DNA of 58,511 nt from Chloroflexota bacterium (GTDB lineage Bacteria; Chloroflexota; Dehalococcoidia; UBA2979): contig VXMU01000129.1 in NCBI GenBank assembly GCA_009840945.1, positions 1-58,511 of the forward strand, written 5' to 3'. The notes beneath the pieces are model-generated. The model made no database searches. It saw nothing but the letters and a program-made list of their open reading frames with translations, and was not told where the DNA came from. A program made the position numbers and the translations under genes. Below are positions 53,673 to 58,511 of the stretch, piece after piece; the stretch's first letter is position 1, and each line of letters starts with the position of its first letter.

Positions 53673-54085
53673 TACGCCTCCTCGCGGGGGATCATCTTCG
53701 TGTCGACGGAGAGCTTGTGGTGCGCGCGCCGGAACGCCTCGCGCACCGCCTCCTCGGGCACCCCGGCAACCTCGAAGAGCACGCGGCCGCGCTTCACGAC
53801 CGCGACCCAGTGGTCCGGGTTGCCCTTGCCCTTGCCCATGCGGACCTCGACGGGCTTCTTGGTGACGGGCTTGTCCGGGAAGACGCGGATCCACACCTTG
53901 CCGCCGCGCCGCAGCGAACCGGTGATCGCGCGCCGAGCGGCCTCGATCTGGCGCGCGTCGACCCAGCCCGTGGTCTGCGCCTGCAGGCCCCACTCGCCGA
54001 AGGCGACGTAGTTGCCCGAGTGCGCCATCCCGCGGCGCTTGCCGCGGTGCTGCTTGCGGTAGCGGACGCGACGAGGCATCAGCAT
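53672..54085 (-). CDS. rplP: 50S ribosomal protein L16
   Basis: [28 protein letters not shown]. Confidence 0.98.
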   Translation of the reverse strand: MLMPRRVRYRKQHRGKRRGMAHSGNYVAFGEWGLQAQTTGWVDARQIEAARRAITGSLRRGGKVWIRVFPDKPVTKKPVEVRMGKGKGNPDHWVAVVKRGRVLFEVAGVPEEAVREAFRRAHHKLSVDTKMIPREEA

Positions 54086-54089
54086 CGCG

Positions 54090-54757
<668 letters not shown>

Positions 54758-54758
<1 letters not shown>

Positions 54759-55099
54759 CAGAACACCCCCTCGTCGTCCACGACGATCTCGATGTGGCTG
54801 TAGCGCTTGAGCCTCGGCGCGGCGCGGCCGCGCGAGCGCGCCTTGAAGCGGCGCAACGTGCGCGCGTCTCCGGCGATGGCGCTCTTCACCACCAGCCCGT
54901 CCGGGTTGAGGTTGAAGTTGTTCTCCGCGTTCGCCATCGCCGAGCGCAGCGCCTTCCAGACGATGCGCGCGGAGGGCTGCGGCATGAACTGCAGCGTCGT
55001 CAGCGCCTGGTTCGCCGGCATCCCCTTGATAACGTCCAGCACCAGCCGCACCTTGCGGGGCGAGACGCGCTGGTGGCGGGCGACGGAGCGGACTTCCAT
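54758..55099 (-). CDS. rplV: 50S ribosomal protein L22
   Basis: SPRKVRLV, SAMANAENN, SHIEIV. Confidence 0.98.
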
Positions 55100-55101
55100 C
55101 G

Positions 55102-55386
55102 TTATCGGACCCTCGAACTGGACTCGCTGCGGCCGCGGTGGCCGCGGAACGTGCGCGTGAAGGCGAACTCGCCCAGCTTGTGGCCCACCATGTTCTCGGT
55201 GCAGAACACCGGCACGTGGCGGCGGCCGTCGTGGACCGCGATGGTCATGCCGACCATCTCCGGCATCACCATGGAGGCGCGCGACCAGGTGCGGATCACC
55301 TGCTTGTTCTGTGAGCGCTGCGCCGCCTCCACCTGCTTCATCAGGCTCGGGTGGACGTAGGGCCCCTTCTTCGTCGATCGAGACAT
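55102..55386 (-). CDS. rpsS: 30S ribosomal protein S19
   Basis: [26 protein letters not shown]. Confidence 0.98.
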   Translation of the reverse strand: MSRSTKKGPYVHPSLMKQVEAAQRSQNKQVIRTWSRASMVMPEMVGMTIAVHDGRRHVPVFCTENMVGHKLGEFAFTRTFRGHRGRSESSSRVR

Positions 55387-55388
55387 CG

Positions 55389-56231
55389 CTAGCGCCTCCG
55401 CCCGCCGCGCGTGCGCCGGCGCACGATGTAGCGGTCCGTGCGCTTGTTGCGGCGCGTCCGGTAGCCGAGCGCGGGCTTGCCCCACGGCGTCTTCGGGCCG
55501 GGCAGGCCCACCGGGGCCTTGCCCTCGCCCCCGCCGTGCGGGTGGTCCACCGGGTTCATCACGGAGCCGCGCACCTGCGGGCGCCGCCCGCGATGGCGCT
55601 TGCGGCCCGCCTTGCCGAGCTTGATCAGCGCGTGCTCCGGGTTGCCGACGGTCCCGACGGTGGCCCGGCAGTTCTCCAGCACCTGGCGCATCTCACCCGA
55701 CGGCATGCGCAGCAGCACGTAGCCGCTGTCGCGCGCCATCACCTGGATGCCCGCGCCGGCCGAACGCCCGAGCTGCCCGCCGCGGCCCGGCTGCAACTCC
55801 ACGTTGTGCACCATCGTGCCCGGCGGCATGTCGCGCAGTTCGAGCGTGTTGCCCGGCGCGATCGGCGAGCCCGGCCCGGCGACGACCGTGTCGTCCACGC
55901 GCAGCCGGTCCGGGGCGATGATGTACCGCTTGTCGCCGTCGGCGTAGAAGATCAGCGCGATCCGCGCGCTGCGGCCGGGGTCGTACTCGATGGCCGCGAC
56001 GCGGCCCGGCACGCCGTCCTTGTCGCGCTTGAAGTCGATGATGCGGACGCGGCGCTTGTGGCCGCCGCCGCGGTGGCGGACGGAGATGCGGCCGTCGCGG
56101 CTGCGGCCCGCGCGCTGCTTCTTCGTGGCGAGCAGGCGCTTCTCCGGCTTCTTCTTCGTGATCTCGTCGAACGTGTGGCCCATCGCGTTGCGACGGCCCG
56201 GCGAGGTTGGCTTGTAGGTCCGCAGTGGCAT
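55389..56231 (-). CDS. rplB: 50S ribosomal protein L2
   Basis: [36 protein letters not shown]. Confidence 0.99.
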   Translation of the reverse strand: MPLRTYKPTSPGRRNAMGHTFDEITKKKPEKRLLATKKQRAGRSRDGRISVRHRGGGHKRRVRIIDFKRDKDGVPGRVAAIEYDPGRSARIALIFYADGDKRYIIAPDRLRVDDTVVAGPGSPIAPGNTLELRDMPPGTMVHNVELQPGRGGQLGRSAGAGIQVMARDSGYVLLRMPSGEMRQVLENCRATVGTVGNPEHALIKLGKAGRKRHRGRRPQVRGSVMNPVDHPHGGGEGKAPVGLPGPKTPWGKPALGYRTRRNKRTDRYIVRRRTRGGRRR

Positions 56232-56234
56232 CGC

Positions 56235-56531
56235 CTACACCCCCTCGAAGTACTGAATCTGCTCGCCCTCGGCGAGGGTCACGATCGCCTTCTTCCAGGA
56301 CGGCGATGTCGACATGCCCATCCCGAAGCGCCGCGTCTTGCCGCGCACCATCATCGTGCGCACCTTCAGTACGTGGACATCGAAGGCCTGCTCGACCGCC
56401 TCGGCGATCTGCGACTTGTTCGCGCGCGTGTCCACCTCGAACACGTACTGGCCCAGCGCTCCCAGCATCGTCGACTTCTCGGTGACGACCGGGCGCTTGA
56501 GCACCTGCAGCGGGTGAATCGCCTTCGGCAT
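56235..56531 (-). CDS. rplW: 50S ribosomal protein L23
   Basis: PVVTEKS, YVFEV, ANKSQI, WKKAIVTL. Confidence 0.98.
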   Translation of the reverse strand: MPKAIHPLQVLKRPVVTEKSTMLGALGQYVFEVDTRANKSQIAEAVEQAFDVHVLKVRTMMVRGKTRRFGMGMSTSPSWKKAIVTLAEGEQIQYFEGV

Positions 56532-56535
56532 GCCG

Positions 56536-57207
56536 CTAGACCTCCACCGCCGCCGCGTCGCCGGCGGGCCGCCCGTCGGCGCGCTCGCCGCCCCACAGCT
56601 CCTCGGCGCGACGCACGGCGTCGACGGTCAGCACGAGGGTGCGGTGCGCGAGCATGTCAGCCACGTTCAGCACGTCGGCCGGCACGGTGCGCACGCCGGG
56701 GATGTTGCGCGTCGACAGCAGCGCCGCGCGGTCCGGCGCGCCGGTCACGACGAGCGCCGAGCGCTCGACGCCGAGGTTGGAGAGCAGCGCCGTCGCTGCC
56801 TTCGTCGAGGGCTCCTCGATGCCCAGGGCGTCGACCACGTGCAGGCGGCCCTCGGCCACGCGGCTGGAGAGCACGGAGCGGATCGCCAGGCGGCGCATGC
56901 GCTTCGGCAGGCGCTGCACGTAGGAGCGCGGCTTCGGGCCGAAGGCGACGCCGCCGCCGCGGCGGATGGGCGAGTTGGCCGAGCCGACGCGGGCCATGCC
57001 GAGGCCCTTCTGCCGGCGCAGCTTGGCGGTCGAGCCGCGGATCTCGCCGCGCGACTTGGTGCTGGCGTTGCCTCCGCGGCGTGCGGCGAGCTGCGCCACC
57101 AGCGTCTGGTGCACCACGCCCTCGTTCGGCTCGATGCCGAACACGGCGTCATCGGCCTCGATCGGGTCGAGGTCGGCGCCCTGTGCGTCGCGCACCGCGA
57201 GTTCCAT
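56536..57207 (-). CDS. rplD: 50S ribosomal protein L4
   Basis: TKSRGEI, RQKGLGMARVGS, GGGVAFGPKPR. Confidence 0.98.
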   Translation of the reverse strand: MELAVRDAQGADLDPIEADDAVFGIEPNEGVVHQTLVAQLAARRGGNASTKSRGEIRGSTAKLRRQKGLGMARVGSANSPIRRGGGVAFGPKPRSYVQRLPKRMRRLAIRSVLSSRVAEGRLHVVDALGIEEPSTKAATALLSNLGVERSALVVTGAPDRAALLSTRNIPGVRTVPADVLNVADMLAHRTLVLTVDAVRRAEELWGGERADGRPAGDAAAVEV

Positions 57208-57209
57208 CG

Positions 57210-58106
57210 CTACTCGTCCTGCTCTTCCGCCGACTCGTCGTCGGCCTCATCGTCGTCGGCCTCGGTGTCTGCGGCGTTGGTGGCCTCGGGTTCGTCGTCC
57301 GTGTCTTCGGGCTCGGTGTCCTCGGTCTGGGCCTCGGCCTCGACGGCTTCCTCTTCGGCTGCCTCGACGTTGTCGGACTCCACGGCCTCGATGGCCTCAG
57401 GCTCGGGTTCGTCCGCCGGCGGCTCGATGGCCGCGGCGGCGGCGATCTCGGGCGGCTCGTAGTCGGCGAGCGGGGCCTTGCGGCCGGGCGTCACCTGCAC
57501 GATGCCGTTCGGCGGCCCCGGCACGGAGCCCTCGACGAACAGCAGGTCGCGCGAGGGGTCGGTGGCGACCACCAGCAGGTTCAGCACGGAGACCGTGCGC
57601 GCGCCCATGTGGCCGGCCATCTTCTGGCCCTTCCACACCTTGCCCGGCGTGGTGCCCGCGCCGACCGAGCCCGGCGCGCGGTGGCGGTCAGACTGGCCGT
57701 GGGTCTTCGGCCCGCCGTGGAAGCCCCAGCGCTTCACGCCGCCGGCGAAGCCGCGGCCCTTCGAGGTGCCGCTCACGTTGACGTAGCTGCCCGCCTCGAA
57801 CTGCTCGACGGTGATGACGTCGCCGAGGGCGTGGTCGCCGGCGTTGTCGGCCGGGAACTCGCGCAGCAGCGTCAGGGTCTCGCCCTCGGCGCCGGATGCG
57901 CGGAGGTGGCCGCGGGACGGGCGGTTGAGCCGCTTGCGGTTGCCGCGCATCCCCACCTGCACCGCGCTGTAGCCGTCGCGCTCCTCGGTGCGGAGCTGGG
58001 TGACGGTGTTGGGGCCGAGCTGGATCGCGGTCACGCCACGGGCGCGGCCTGCGCCGTCGTAGAGGCGCATCATGCCTACCTTGCGGCCGAGCATCCCGTG
58101 GATCAT
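57210..58106 (-). CDS. rplC: 50S ribosomal protein L3 with an acidic C-terminal extension
   Basis: [40 protein letters not shown]. Confidence 0.98.
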   Translation of the reverse strand: MIHGMLGRKVGMMRLYDGAGRARGVTAIQLGPNTVTQLRTEERDGYSAVQVGMRGNRKRLNRPSRGHLRASGAEGETLTLLREFPADNAGDHALGDVITVEQFEAGSYVNVSGTSKGRGFAGGVKRWGFHGGPKTHGQSDRHRAPGSVGAGTTPGKVWKGQKMAGHMGARTVSVLNLLVVATDPSRDLLFVEGSVPGPPNGIVQVTPGRKAPLADYEPPEIAAAAAIEPPADEPEPEAIEAVESDNVEAAEEEAVEAEAQTEDTEPEDTDDEPEATNAADTEADDDEADDESAEEQDE

Positions 58107-58117
58107 CGCGCCGGCTC

Positions 58118-58432
58118 CTAGAGCTTGATCTCGATGTCGACGCCGGACGGCAGTTGCAGCCGCATCAGCGTGTCCACCGTCCGCGACGTCGGGTCGAAGA
58201 TGTCGATCAGCCGCTTGTGCGTGCGGATCTCGAACTGGTCGCGCGAGTCCTTGTCGATGAACGGCGAGCGGATCACGGTGTACTTCCGGATCCGCGTGGG
58301 CAGCGGGACCGGGCCCGCCACCTGCGCGCCGGTGCGTTCGGCCGTCTCCACGATCTGGGCCGCCGAGCGGTCCAGCACGCGGTGGTCGTAGGCCTTCAGC
58401 CGAATGCGTATCCGTTGGCGCGCAGCTACCAC
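58118..58432 (-). CDS. rpsJ: 30S ribosomal protein S10
   Basis: [30 protein letters not shown]. Confidence 0.98.
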   Translation of the reverse strand: MVAARQRIRIRLKAYDHRVLDRSAAQIVETAERTGAQVAGPVPLPTRIRKYTVIRSPFIDKDSRDQFEIRTHKRLIDIFDPTSRTVDTLMRLQLPSGVDIEIKL

Positions 58433-58457
58433 TCAGGACTCCTCGCGCGTGCCCGGG

Positions 58458-58511
58458 TTACTCGTTGATACCGGTGACGACGCCGGCGCCGACGGTGCGG
58501 CCGCCCTCGCG
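58458..58511 (-). CDS. tuf: Elongation factor Tu, C-terminal end (partial)
   Basis: REGGRTVGAGVVTGINE-stop immediately upstream of rpsJ. Confidence 0.95.
   Translation of the reverse strand, partial: REGGRTVGAGVVTGINE

Noticed and set aside
55311-58121. Long alternative-frame and antisense ORFs (e.g. 55311-58121 +, 3440-5536 +, 6079-7698 +, 31498-33033 -)
   Set aside because: They are Arg/Ala/Gly/Pro-rich shadows of real genes, expected in high-GC DNA, and show no family motifs.

Overview
High-GC bacterial chromosome segment, most likely Chloroflexota/Dehalococcoidia (inferred from gene content and protein style). Left part: secA 3' end, small enzymes, a lone tRNA-Sec (selC), CIRCE-controlled groES-groEL, and a ferredoxin:thioredoxin reductase catalytic subunit with an in-frame UGA (CHU motif) followed by a SECIS-like hairpin. 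Positions ~11291-27128 form a ~15.8 kb island with non-host codon usage. It is bounded by ~60-bp two-block inverted ends (TGT...ACA), sits inside a REP cluster, and carries a DDE transposase at its right end. Its cargo is two putative conflict/defence modules: a GASH + two GTPases + GAP1-N1 system, and an HTH-STAS / C5 methyltransferase / Vsr / ParB-like / SNF2 helicase / DUF3883 / DUF4928 cluster. Right part: trxA-csoR, plsX, a methionine-salvage/SAM-cycle operon (mtnA-HNH-mtnP-GNAT-ahcY-metK), an NDP-sugar synthase and phosphomannomutase, an NYN RNase behind a two-UUCG-hairpin leader, and the full S10-spc-alpha ribosomal protein cluster on the minus strand up to the tuf 3' end. In that cluster rplO has an in-frame TAG and several r-proteins carry unusual extensions. 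No CRISPR array or rRNA was seen. Family names come from motif recognition, not from database searches.
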